Part shown: piece by piece, positions 17,567 to 25,537 of the stretch
How positions within the stretch are numbered: position 1 is the first letter of the stretch
Layout of the letters: each line of letters opens with the position of its first letter
IMG/VR virus record: IMGVR_UViG_2617270944_000003
Coordinates: 1-34,580 of that record
Direction: 5' to 3' (one strand)
DNA from: a virus
Taxonomy: Duplodnaviria; Heunggongvirae; Uroviricota; Caudoviricetes
DNA length: 34,580 nt
Position numbers and translations under genes: made by a program
The notes under the pieces: model-generated
Seen by the model: only the letters and a program-made list of their open reading frames with translations
Databases searched by the model: none
Told to the model about the DNA's origin: nothing

Positions 17567-18400
17567 TCAGCAATTGGTCAGAGTGTCAGCGGGGGCGTTA
17601 CCGCCTGTTGCACGCTGGCGGTAGTCCTGGCGGCTGTCTTCATGACTCAGCTTATTCACCAGTTCGTTAAAGGCGGTTTGCTGCTCCTGCAGAGCAGTCT
17701 CCAGCTCAGACAGGCGTTCTTCCTGCTCAGACAGGGATTTTTCGGTGCGTGCGCTCAGGTTCTGCTGCTCAGTGGCGACCAGCTCCACGGCCTTATGCAC
17801 ATCAGAGAATCGGGCGTCATCGGACTGCTCTTTTTTGGTAAACAGCGCCGTGACACGGGCAAACAGGGACGGTTTGTCGTCCTGGATTTCTTCCAGTTCG
17901 ATCACCGTTTCCTCTGCAGCTGTAAAAAGATTGGCGGGATTCTGCTTGCGGTTTGCCAGCGGGTTATGAGCTGCACTGGCGCTGAATGTCAGCATTTCAG
18001 TGCCCAGACTGGCAGGATCATCAGTGGCAGCCAGGCCGACCAGATAGGCTTTGCCCGTATCAGCGAACTTCGGGCTGACTTCCATAGAGGTGAATAATTT
18101 CTGGCCTTTTTTCACCAGTTCCACCAGGGACTCCGTTGGCTCAACGTCGGCATACAGCGCCATCTTGCCTGCCAGCGGACCTTCCGTGATTTCTTCAGCA
18201 AACAACGCCGTCACCTTGCCGTAGCGGTTAAAGGTGCTGTCCGGCAGATAAGACTTGATGTGCTCAAGGTTAATCAGCGCGGTATACACCGCCGGGTTGT
18301 AGCTGGCTGCCATCTGTTCCAGCCATTCACGCTGGATTTCGCGTCCGTCGGTGGTGGCACCTTCCACCCCGATGCGAAAACGCTTTGCTTTCACTGTCAT
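17567..18400 (-). CDS. O: Capsid scaffolding protein O
   Basis: 277-aa acidic protein, first gene of the O-N-M-L operon, divergent from P. Confidence 0.85.
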   Translation of the reverse strand: MTVKAKRFRIGVEGATTDGREIQREWLEQMAASYNPAVYTALINLEHIKSYLPDSTFNRYGKVTALFAEEITEGPLAGKMALYADVEPTESLVELVKKGQKLFTSMEVSPKFADTGKAYLVGLAATDDPASLGTEMLTFSASAAHNPLANRKQNPANLFTAAEETVIELEEIQDDKPSLFARVTALFTKKEQSDDARFSDVHKAVELVATEQQNLSARTEKSLSEQEERLSELETALQEQQTAFNELVNKLSHEDSRQDYRQRATGGNAPADTLTNC

Positions 18401-18477
18401 GAGCCGTGCTCCGTTAGAAAAAACTTACTGGAGCCTTATGGTTGCGGTGATGGGGGCAGTGAAACAATGCGCGGTAT

Positions 18478-18495
18478 TTGTACCGACAACCACAC
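18478..18495 (-). promoter_or_regulatory. Ogr-dependent late promoter activator site (TGT-N12-ACA) in the divergent O/P control region
   Basis: tgtaccgacaaccacaca centred ~86 bp upstream of the O ATG; only such site in the 142-bp O-P gap. Confidence 0.5.
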
Positions 18496-18542
18496 AAACC
18501 GCAGGCGGGGAAAGCCTTCATTCAAGGCTGTAGGTTTGTGCC

Positions 18543-20309
18543 ATGAACACCACACTGACACCCGCAGATCTCGATCCCCGTCGGCAGGCCATGCTGCTGT
18601 ACTTTCAGGGATACCGCGTAGCCCGCATTGCTGAAATGCTGGGCGAGAAAGTTGCAACCGTTCACAGCTGGAAAAAACGCGACAAGTGGGGTGACTATGG
18701 GCCGCTGGATCAGATGCAGCTCACCACCGCCGCACGCTACTGCCAGCTCATTATGAAGGAGCACAAAGAAGGGAAAGATTTCAAAGAGATTGACCTGCTG
18801 GCGCGCCAGTCGGAGCGCCATGCGCGGATCGGCAAGTTTAACAATGGCGGCAACGAAGCCGACTTAAACCCTAACGTCGCCAACCGCAACAAAGGCCCGC
18901 GCCGTCAGCCGGAAAAGAACGTTTTCACCGATGAACAGATTGAGAAGCTGAAAGAAATCTTCCATTCCTCCATGTTCAACTACCAGCGCCACTGGTGGGA
19001 AGCCGGAAAAACCAACCGCATCCGCAACCTGCTGAAGTCACGCCAGATCGGCGCGACCTTCTATTTTGCCCGTGAAGCCCTGATTGACGCCCTGCTGACC
19101 GGGCGTAACCAGATTTTCCTTTCCGCCAGCAAGGCTCAGGCCCACGTCTTTAAGCAGTACATCATCGACTTCGCCAAAGAAGTGGAGGTGGAGCTGAAAG
19201 GCGATCCGATGGTGCTTCCTAACGGGGCCACGCTGTACTTCCTCGGCACCAATGCCCGCACGGCCCAGAGTTACCACGGCAACCTGTATCTGGATGAATA
19301 TTTCTGGATACCGAAATTCCAGGAGCTGCGCAAAGTGGCTTCCGGTATGGCTATTCACAAAAAATGGCGACAAACCTATTTTTCCACGCCATCCAGCCTG
19401 ACACACAGTGCTTATCCGTTCTGGTCCGGTGCGCTGTTCAACCGAGGGCGCAACAAAGCCGATAAGGTGGACATCGACCTGTCCCACAGCAATCTGGCCC
19501 CCGGCCTGCTGTGCGCAGACGGGCAGTACCGCCAGATAGTCACTGTGGAAGATGCGGTGCGCGGCGGCTGTAACCTATTCGACCTCGACCAGTTGCGCAT
19601 GGAGTACAGCCCGGACGAATACCAGAACCTGCTGATGTGTGAGTTCGTGGACGATCTCGCGTCCGTGTTCCCGCTCAGCGAGCTGCAGGCGTGCATGGTG
19701 GACAGTTGGGAAGTCTGGACCGACTTTCATGCACTGGCCCTGCGCCCGTTTGGCTGGCGCGAAGTGTGGATCGGATATGACCCGGCGAAAGGTACGCAGA
19801 ACGGCGACAGCGCCGGATGCGTGGTGGTGGCTCCGCCAGCCGTGCCGGGCGGTAAGTTCCGCATTCTTGAGCGTCACCAGTGGCGCGGAATGGACTTCCG
19901 CGCCCAGGCTGACGCCATCAAAAAACTGACCGAACAGTACAACGTGACCTATATCGGTATCGACTCAACCGGCGTTGGTCACGGGGTTTACGAGAACGTG
20001 AAAGCGTTTTTTCCTGCCGTCCGGGAGTTTGTCTACAGCCCCAACGTTAAAAACGCCCTGGTACTCAAGGCCTACGACATTATCAGCCACCGCCGTCTGG
20101 AGTTTGACGCCGGACACACCGACATAGCGCAGTCCTTTATGGCAATCCGTCGCGCCACCACCGCCAGTGGCAACCGCCCGACCTATGAAGCCAGCCGCAG
20201 CGAAGAAGCCAGCCACGCCGATCTGGCCTGGGCAACGATGCACGCACTGTTTAACGAACCGCTGCAGGGCGAATCCGCCAATACCAGCAATATTGTGGAG
20301 ATTTTTTGA
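18543..20309 (+). CDS. P: Terminase ATPase (large) subunit P
   Basis: 588-aa ORF divergent from O; stop overlaps the Q start (TGATG). Confidence 0.85.
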   Translation: MNTTLTPADLDPRRQAMLLYFQGYRVARIAEMLGEKVATVHSWKKRDKWGDYGPLDQMQLTTAARYCQLIMKEHKEGKDFKEIDLLARQSERHARIGKFNNGGNEADLNPNVANRNKGPRRQPEKNVFTDEQIEKLKEIFHSSMFNYQRHWWEAGKTNRIRNLLKSRQIGATFYFAREALIDALLTGRNQIFLSASKAQAHVFKQYIIDFAKEVEVELKGDPMVLPNGATLYFLGTNARTAQSYHGNLYLDEYFWIPKFQELRKVASGMAIHKKWRQTYFSTPSSLTHSAYPFWSGALFNRGRNKADKVDIDLSHSNLAPGLLCADGQYRQIVTVEDAVRGGCNLFDLDQLRMEYSPDEYQNLLMCEFVDDLASVFPLSELQACMVDSWEVWTDFHALALRPFGWREVWIGYDPAKGTQNGDSAGCVVVAPPAVPGGKFRILERHQWRGMDFRAQADAIKKLTEQYNVTYIGIDSTGVGHGVYENVKAFFPAVREFVYSPNVKNALVLKAYDIISHRRLEFDAGHTDIAQSFMAIRRATTASGNRPTYEASRSEEASHADLAWATMHALFNEPLQGESANTSNIVEIF

Positions 20310-21346
20310 TGGGAAAGAGTAAGAAGAACCGCGCTGCGGCGACGAAACAGATCCAGCTTAAAAGTCAAACTACAGCCGAAGCATTCAGCTTCGGCGATCC
20401 CGTTCCTGTTCTGGACCGCCGCGAACTGCTGGACTATGTGGAATGCGTACAGATGGACCGTTGGTATGAGCCACCAGTGAGTTTCGACGGCCTGGCGCGA
20501 ACCTTCCGCGCCGCCGTACACCACAGCTCACCGATTGCAGTAAAGTGCAACATTCTGACCAGCACCTATATCCCTCACCCGTTGCTCAGCCAGCAGGCTT
20601 TTTCACGTTTTGTGCAGGACTATCTGGTATTTGGTAACGCCTACCTGGAGAAACGCACGAACCGCTTCGGTGAAATTATCGCCCTTGAGCCTGCTCTGGC
20701 AAAATACACCCGACGCGGGTTAGACCTGGATACCTACTGGTTTGTGCAATACGGTATGACAACCCAGCCGTATCAGTTCACGAAAGGCAGCATCTTTCAT
20801 CTGATGGAACCGGACATCAACCAGGAGATCTACGGCCTGCCTGGCTATCTTTCTGCTATTCCATCCGCTCTGCTCAACGAGTCCGCCACGCTGTTCCGCC
20901 GTAAGTATTACATCAATGGCAGCCATGCAGGCTTCATCATGTACATGACCGATGCCGCGCAGAATCAGGAGGATGTGAACAACCTCCGCAACGCGATGAA
21001 AAGCGCCAAAGGTCCAGGCAACTTCCGCAACCTGTTTATGTACTCACCTAACGGCAAAAAAGACGGGCTTCAGATCATCCCATTGTCAGAAGTCGCGGCG
21101 AAGGATGAATTTCTTAACATCAAGAACGTGAGTCGGGATGACATGATGGCAGCGCACCGCGTGCCGCCACAAATGATGGGGATTATGCCGAATAATGTTG
21201 GGGGGTTTGGGGATGTGGAAAAGGCAAGCCGTGTATTCGTCCGAAATGAGCTAATGCCACTACAAAAGCGATTACAGGAGATGAATGATTGGCTTGGCAA
21301 GGAGGCGATACAGTTTAATACCTACTCGCTAGATATAGTCCCATAA
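20309..21346 (+). CDS. Q: Portal (capsid vertex) protein Q
   Basis: 345-aa ORF downstream of P, P2 gpQ-like size and position. Confidence 0.85.
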   Translation: MGKSKKNRAAATKQIQLKSQTTAEAFSFGDPVPVLDRRELLDYVECVQMDRWYEPPVSFDGLARTFRAAVHHSSPIAVKCNILTSTYIPHPLLSQQAFSRFVQDYLVFGNAYLEKRTNRFGEIIALEPALAKYTRRGLDLDTYWFVQYGMTTQPYQFTKGSIFHLMEPDINQEIYGLPGYLSAIPSALLNESATLFRRKYYINGSHAGFIMYMTDAAQNQEDVNNLRNAMKSAKGPGNFRNLFMYSPNGKKDGLQIIPLSEVAAKDEFLNIKNVSRDDMMAAHRVPPQMMGIMPNNVGGFGDVEKASRVFVRNELMPLQKRLQEMNDWLGKEAIQFNTYSLDIVP

Positions 21347-21350
21347 TAAG

Positions 21351-21374
21351 AAAAGCCACCGTTTGGTGGCTTTT
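21351..21374. terminator. Bidirectional intrinsic terminator between Q and the convergent HIRAN gene
   Basis: Perfect 10-bp stem aaaagccacc / ggtggctttt with loop gttt; A-run and T-run on opposite sides. Confidence 0.75.
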
Positions 21375-21380
21375 CTTCAT

Positions 21381-22121
21381 TTACTCAATAGGTTCAAACT
21401 CATCCTGAGGAATCAGCGTCGATTGACAGGCTTGGCTTAGTACTCCTGATAATTTACATAATAACCGATAGTTATGAGGAGCATCATCGCTAATCTTTTC
21501 GACCGTTAAAGTGATTGATTTTGGATCATCCAATAACATCTTCTTGATATCATTACTTAAATACCTAGGGCAGTAACCAACGATTTCAGCTGGTTTATCT
21601 GCACGAACGACAACAGCATCCCCATCGTATTCATTTTGAAGATCCAAGCAAAGACGCAAAATTTGCCCCGGTTTCAATTCAGATACACGAGCATTAGCTA
21701 AGCTATTTAAGTAACCAAGTCCATGTAAGAAGAAAAAATGCTCAAAGTTACCATCAGAATCAACATCAATTTTTTTGAAAATCTGCAGCTGATCAGTGCT
21801 TCGTAAGCCTCCCGAGCGAGCAAGAATATCGATAGGATTTACCTTATCTTCTTCAAATCCAAGCCATTTAATGAAACTCGGATACTCTGGACGTCTCGGT
21901 GATAAAAGGCGATTTTTAAAAAGAGGAAACAATTCTTCCGAAACATAAGTTTCACGAACATCACTCATGCCGCTAAACTTTGTAAATTTAGTAGATTTAA
22001 GAGCACCTTTGGTATACCTGAAAACATACCCCGATTTGCGCTCTTGCAAGTTACCAACAACATGCCAGTCTCTGGTATCTGGTGCCTGCCATGCGACGTA
22101 AACGGAGTTTGTATTAGTCAT
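21381..22121 (-). CDS. HIRAN-domain protein (246 aa), second gene of a kinase-HIRAN operon; candidate defence/toxin-system component
   Basis: C-terminal signature ILRLCLDLQNEYDGDAVVV...EIVGYCPRYLSNDIKKMLLDD fits the HIRAN consensus (remembered pattern); ATG overlaps the kinase stop (ATGA); AT-rich. Confidence 0.55.
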   Translation of the reverse strand: MTNTNSVYVAWQAPDTRDWHVVGNLQERKSGYVFRYTKGALKSTKFTKFSGMSDVRETYVSEELFPLFKNRLLSPRRPEYPSFIKWLGFEEDKVNPIDILARSGGLRSTDQLQIFKKIDVDSDGNFEHFFFLHGLGYLNSLANARVSELKPGQILRLCLDLQNEYDGDAVVVRADKPAEIVGYCPRYLSNDIKKMLLDDPKSITLTVEKISDDAPHNYRLLCKLSGVLSQACQSTLIPQDEFEPIE

Positions 22122-23032
22122 TCTAGTAACCTTCTGCGATTTTCCATTACCATTAACGTTGCAAATCTACGTGCACTGTCGGATATACACGATGAAGGCA
22201 CTTGGTTAAACACATCTGTAATGGAATCTTCTGTTAAAACGCTCAACTTACCTAACCAATGGTCGCGAGCGGCAACTCTCCCTTCAACTGCATGTTGAAA
22301 TGCTTCAACGGTCAGCAAGGGCTTTTTATCAGTTTTTGCTTTGAATAGCTCAGAGCGAGCTTTTCTTACAAAACATGGGATTTGTCGATTTTTATCTTTA
22401 GTATTAAGCCGTTCGTTACGCTCATCATCTAACATCTCCCTTCCTAAACTAGCGGCATGATCGTATGTTGGACACAAAAACTGCTCACCAGTTTCATTGT
22501 TAAGCATGATCGCCCAATTTTCATGATGGCGATCTTGATTACTCACAAGTGCATCGAGCATCAAATATCCACAAAATACATCTGCTGCATTTAGCCCGGT
22601 TAGATCATATACACTCGGAGGAGGCTTGATAGATTCCCTATCCAAACAACCCAATACCCTTGTGACAGTGTGTTCTCTGACCCTTACCGGCTTTTCCCCG
22701 GCTTGTAAAGGCCCAGGATAATCGAATGTCGAACTGTGAAGCACTTCATTTCCCATTACCATCCGGAAACCAGATGGAATGATATTCTGAGTCACCACAC
22801 CGAATCGACCATTGTATCGCGCCAAATCATAGCTAGCATGTGGAATGTTAAGCAAATGACATAACTCAGCAGCACACTTTTCAGACCAATGCTCGCCAGT
22901 ACCTGGCCTAGAGTACTTAAACAACTGCAAATTTACAGTGTCATCGGAGAAATAGAACCAAAACTTCTCTTTGGTTCCTAACTGTTCAAGATCGTTAGCT
23001 ACGGGGCTAAGCTCTACCAATTGGTATGGCAT
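22118..23032 (-). CDS. HipA-like serine/threonine kinase (304 aa, core kinase domain only); candidate defence/toxin effector
   Basis: Motifs GTKEKF (HipA phosphate-binding loop-like) and SNQDRHHENWA (catalytic loop D-x-H-x-x-N); AGGGA RBS; AT-rich relative to the phage core. Confidence 0.6.
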   Translation of the reverse strand: MPYQLVELSPVANDLEQLGTKEKFWFYFSDDTVNLQLFKYSRPGTGEHWSEKCAAELCHLLNIPHASYDLARYNGRFGVVTQNIIPSGFRMVMGNEVLHSSTFDYPGPLQAGEKPVRVREHTVTRVLGCLDRESIKPPPSVYDLTGLNAADVFCGYLMLDALVSNQDRHHENWAIMLNNETGEQFLCPTYDHAASLGREMLDDERNERLNTKDKNRQIPCFVRKARSELFKAKTDKKPLLTVEAFQHAVEGRVAARDHWLGKLSVLTEDSITDVFNQVPSSCISDSARRFATLMVMENRRRLLE

Positions 23033-23184
23033 CTGACATCCCTGTTTAGCGGATTATGAATAAGTTAGGTTCCATTTTATCCAAACATTGTCAAATACTC
23101 TAAGATTTATTAGATGATAGAGCGATACTGTATGCATGTCCAGCAATCAAATCAATATATAACTCTTATATGACTTAGCGCGCG

Positions 23185-23205
23185 CTCGTATCCCCGCCAC
23201 GCCTG
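23185..23205 (-). other. Candidate cos (cohesive end) site
   Basis: Minus-strand ggcgtggcgggga matches the first 13 nt of the 186-type 19-nt cohesive end as remembered; sits in a 600-bp noncoding gap at the P2 cos position relative to Q. Confidence 0.3.
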
Positions 23206-23640
23206 CCCGCTTTGTGTAGTGGTTTTCATGCAGTTGCATAACATAAGCAAAAGCCCGTCAGAACTGGCAGGCTTCGACATAAACGATCCACTAGCGATCA
23301 TTCATTTTCATGCAGCATAGGTATGCACCAGAGTTACTTTGAGGTGCAATGGATGATACCTACAGATTTGCTACCCAAGGTCATGCTGAAAATCTATCGC
23401 ATCTGTATGATGCCGCGGACATAGCGAAATCTCCCCATGCAGTGACAAACTACTTGAGTAAATACTGTTGTGTTACCACAAGAAGAGATTTCAAAAGGAA
23501 AACAACGCTATGTTATCTAGTACATATAGCTATAAATGTCTTAATTTTAGCCAATACATTGAATTAAATGAAAAAATACTTTAGTTTGTATACTATTTTT
23601 TAGCGTTCAAGATTATGCAATTTTTTGGAGAGAACTATAA

Positions 23641-24609
23641 GTGGGATCTTTCAGTTTACTTGCATCACGACCAATACCAACTGTGCTAGAAACAAGACAG
23701 TTTAACTCAGTTAACGGCAGTGACGCCGAATCTTATGCAATGAGTCAATTCATTCTTGCTTGTAGAGGAGAGGGGCACTGGGGTTCCAGGGAAGACGACA
23801 ATTCAAAAATAGATTTAATATTATCCTTCGAACATCCATGGGCATCAAAAGAAAGAATGCTTATATTGTCGCAAGTTAAATCAGGGGCAACTTATGGTCA
23901 TTTATTAGAGAAAGGTTTTGTATTAAATTCGGCCGCAAAAAAAGCAGCCAAAAGGACAACTCACCATATATGTGTCGTTTGGGTTGACAGAACTAATCGT
24001 AAAGCATTTTGGGCCTATATACATCCAAACACTACCCTTAAAAACCAAACTTATGGAGAATATCACTTAATCACTCCGGCTACACGGTTTGACCTGGCTC
24101 GCTGTATGTCCATGGTACGTGCAGGTGAAACTGGAGCAAAAGGAATCCATGTAAGAAGAAGAAACTCACTACTTAATAATCGGCGAGCGTTTGTTAAAAA
24201 ACGTTATTCTGAACAGAAAGAAATCACATCTCCGGTGCTTGGGAAAATCGAGCTTACACGGCTGGGTTGGAGACATATGTTCAGAAAGAGTCGCAGAGAA
24301 GAAAACAAAGCAACGAGTTTGGACATTATTCCCTACTTGAGAAATTTACTAGTTCGGTTTCCTTCAACTCATGCTATTACTTCTTCTGATGTCCGTGATT
24401 ACGGCTGTTTTACTTACCAAAGAAGAGAGCACTTATTGAAATTTAATAATCTAGAGGTTACTTATGCCAAAGGAGAGGGAAAAAATAAAGTATGTGCTTA
24501 TATTCGTGTTATAGAAGAAATAAGGTATCCAAAAGATTGGACTAACGCGGTAATGCTATCACAGCAGGTTGAAAGACGAGTGGTTTTGAAGTCAGCATAT
24601 TATAAATAA
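23641..24609 (+). CDS. Hypothetical protein (322 aa), possible PD-(D/E)xK nuclease-like (DUF4365-like) N-terminal domain; candidate single-gene defence cargo
   Basis: GTG start after GGAGAG RBS (alternative ATG at 23740); N-terminal IDLILSFEH...LSQVKSG resembles a restriction-endonuclease-like motif; very AT-rich, basic C-terminal half. Confidence 0.45.
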   Translation: MGSFSLLASRPIPTVLETRQFNSVNGSDAESYAMSQFILACRGEGHWGSREDDNSKIDLILSFEHPWASKERMLILSQVKSGATYGHLLEKGFVLNSAAKKAAKRTTHHICVVWVDRTNRKAFWAYIHPNTTLKNQTYGEYHLITPATRFDLARCMSMVRAGETGAKGIHVRRRNSLLNNRRAFVKKRYSEQKEITSPVLGKIELTRLGWRHMFRKSRREENKATSLDIIPYLRNLLVRFPSTHAITSSDVRDYGCFTYQRREHLLKFNNLEVTYAKGEGKNKVCAYIRVIEEIRYPKDWTNAVMLSQQVERRVVLKSAYYK

Positions 24610-25194
24610 CGAGGCCGTTGGGAAGCCAGCACTTGCGCCCATGCTCTGCCAGATTCCGGTTTCGAATCGGTTCTCTGGCAATAATGCGGATAGCGTACTG
24701 GGCATCAGCCTTAGCTTTTGCACTCAACCCAACGACCAAGTGGTGAAGCATACTAGTAAAGAAACTTTAATTCTAGATGTTTTGAAGCAATTCTCACATC
24801 AAGTATTAATTTTTCTAAAGCAATGACCTAATGGTATGTCAGGCTTCAACGAAAATTGGCAACCAATCTAGATAACTGTACCTTTTCAAAAAACTGGTGC
24901 GTATCGTTAGTCTCCTTTCGCCGTTGTTCCAGTCTGGTCGCTTCAATAAAAAGCAAGGCCGCCGTACAGCAAAACTATATAATCATAGCTTAAGCCAAAT
25001 CACTCATCTAAGGTGTGGCTCCATTAGTAGTTTGAGCGCTAACAGCCCCTCTGGCGATAAAACTACTCAATACCTGGCACGAAACAAAATCTGGAAGTTA
25101 CTATTTTTTTGCCCATGACTAACGCCTCGCATGGCTCGTTGATCAACCTTGCTAGCGTCAGAATCAAGTCCTAACGCCAGCAACGTTCCTAAGC

Positions 25195-25383
25195 CTAACC
25201 GGGGAGATCCATTGAACGGTTGTACTCATGAGTACGGATTTTCGCCATTAACTCATCGGTCAGCTCCGAAACCCACTGGATAGCAAGCCGCTTCTCTTCA
25301 TCATCGCACTCACTAGCCGCTACAAGCTTAAGAAAAAAATCAATGCGCTGGAGCTTCAAAGACTCCAAAAAATAGTCCTGCAT
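25195..25383 (-). CDS. Small protein (62 aa) under a LexA box; candidate SOS-inducible antirepressor (Tum-like role)
   Basis: ATG at 25383 preceded by AGGAGG; near-consensus LexA box about 45 bp upstream. Confidence 0.45.
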   Translation of the reverse strand: MQDYFLESLKLQRIDFFLKLVAASECDDEEKRLAIQWVSELTDELMAKIRTHEYNRSMDLPG

Positions 25384-25424
25384 CTTTCCTCCTATGACAC
25401 CACACGCAATACTGTATGTATAAC

Positions 25425-25444
25425 CACTGTTTATATTTACAGTA
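25425..25444 (-). promoter_or_regulatory. LexA (SOS) box CTGT-N8-ACAG
   Basis: cactgtttatatttacagta fits the CTGT-N8-ACAG LexA consensus with AT-rich spacer; a partial second site (tactgtatgtataa) lies next to it. Confidence 0.6.
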
Positions 25445-25537
25445 TATAATAATCTTACTGATGTAAAACGTTTTTTTTACGCTTATCAGCCTGATATGCC
25501 TGGTATTATTAAGAGCACGAATTGTTAACCAGCGTAA

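Noticed and set aside
17008-17670. 220-aa plus-strand ORF antisense to the capsid/scaffold genes
   Set aside because: Overlaps the major capsid and scaffold genes on the opposite strand; no independent support.
23349-23567. 72-aa plus-strand ORF in the putative cos region
   Set aside because: No RBS, sits in an AT-rich noncoding gap with the cos-like motif nearby; likely spurious.
24640-24690. tRNA-like T-arm resemblance (ggtttcgaatcgg)
   Set aside because: No consistent acceptor or anticodon stem could be folded around it; P2-like phages do not usually carry tRNAs.
24542-24751. 69-aa minus-strand ORF overlapping the 3' end of the nuclease-like gene
   Set aside because: Overlaps a better-supported gene on the opposite strand; at most a gene remnant.
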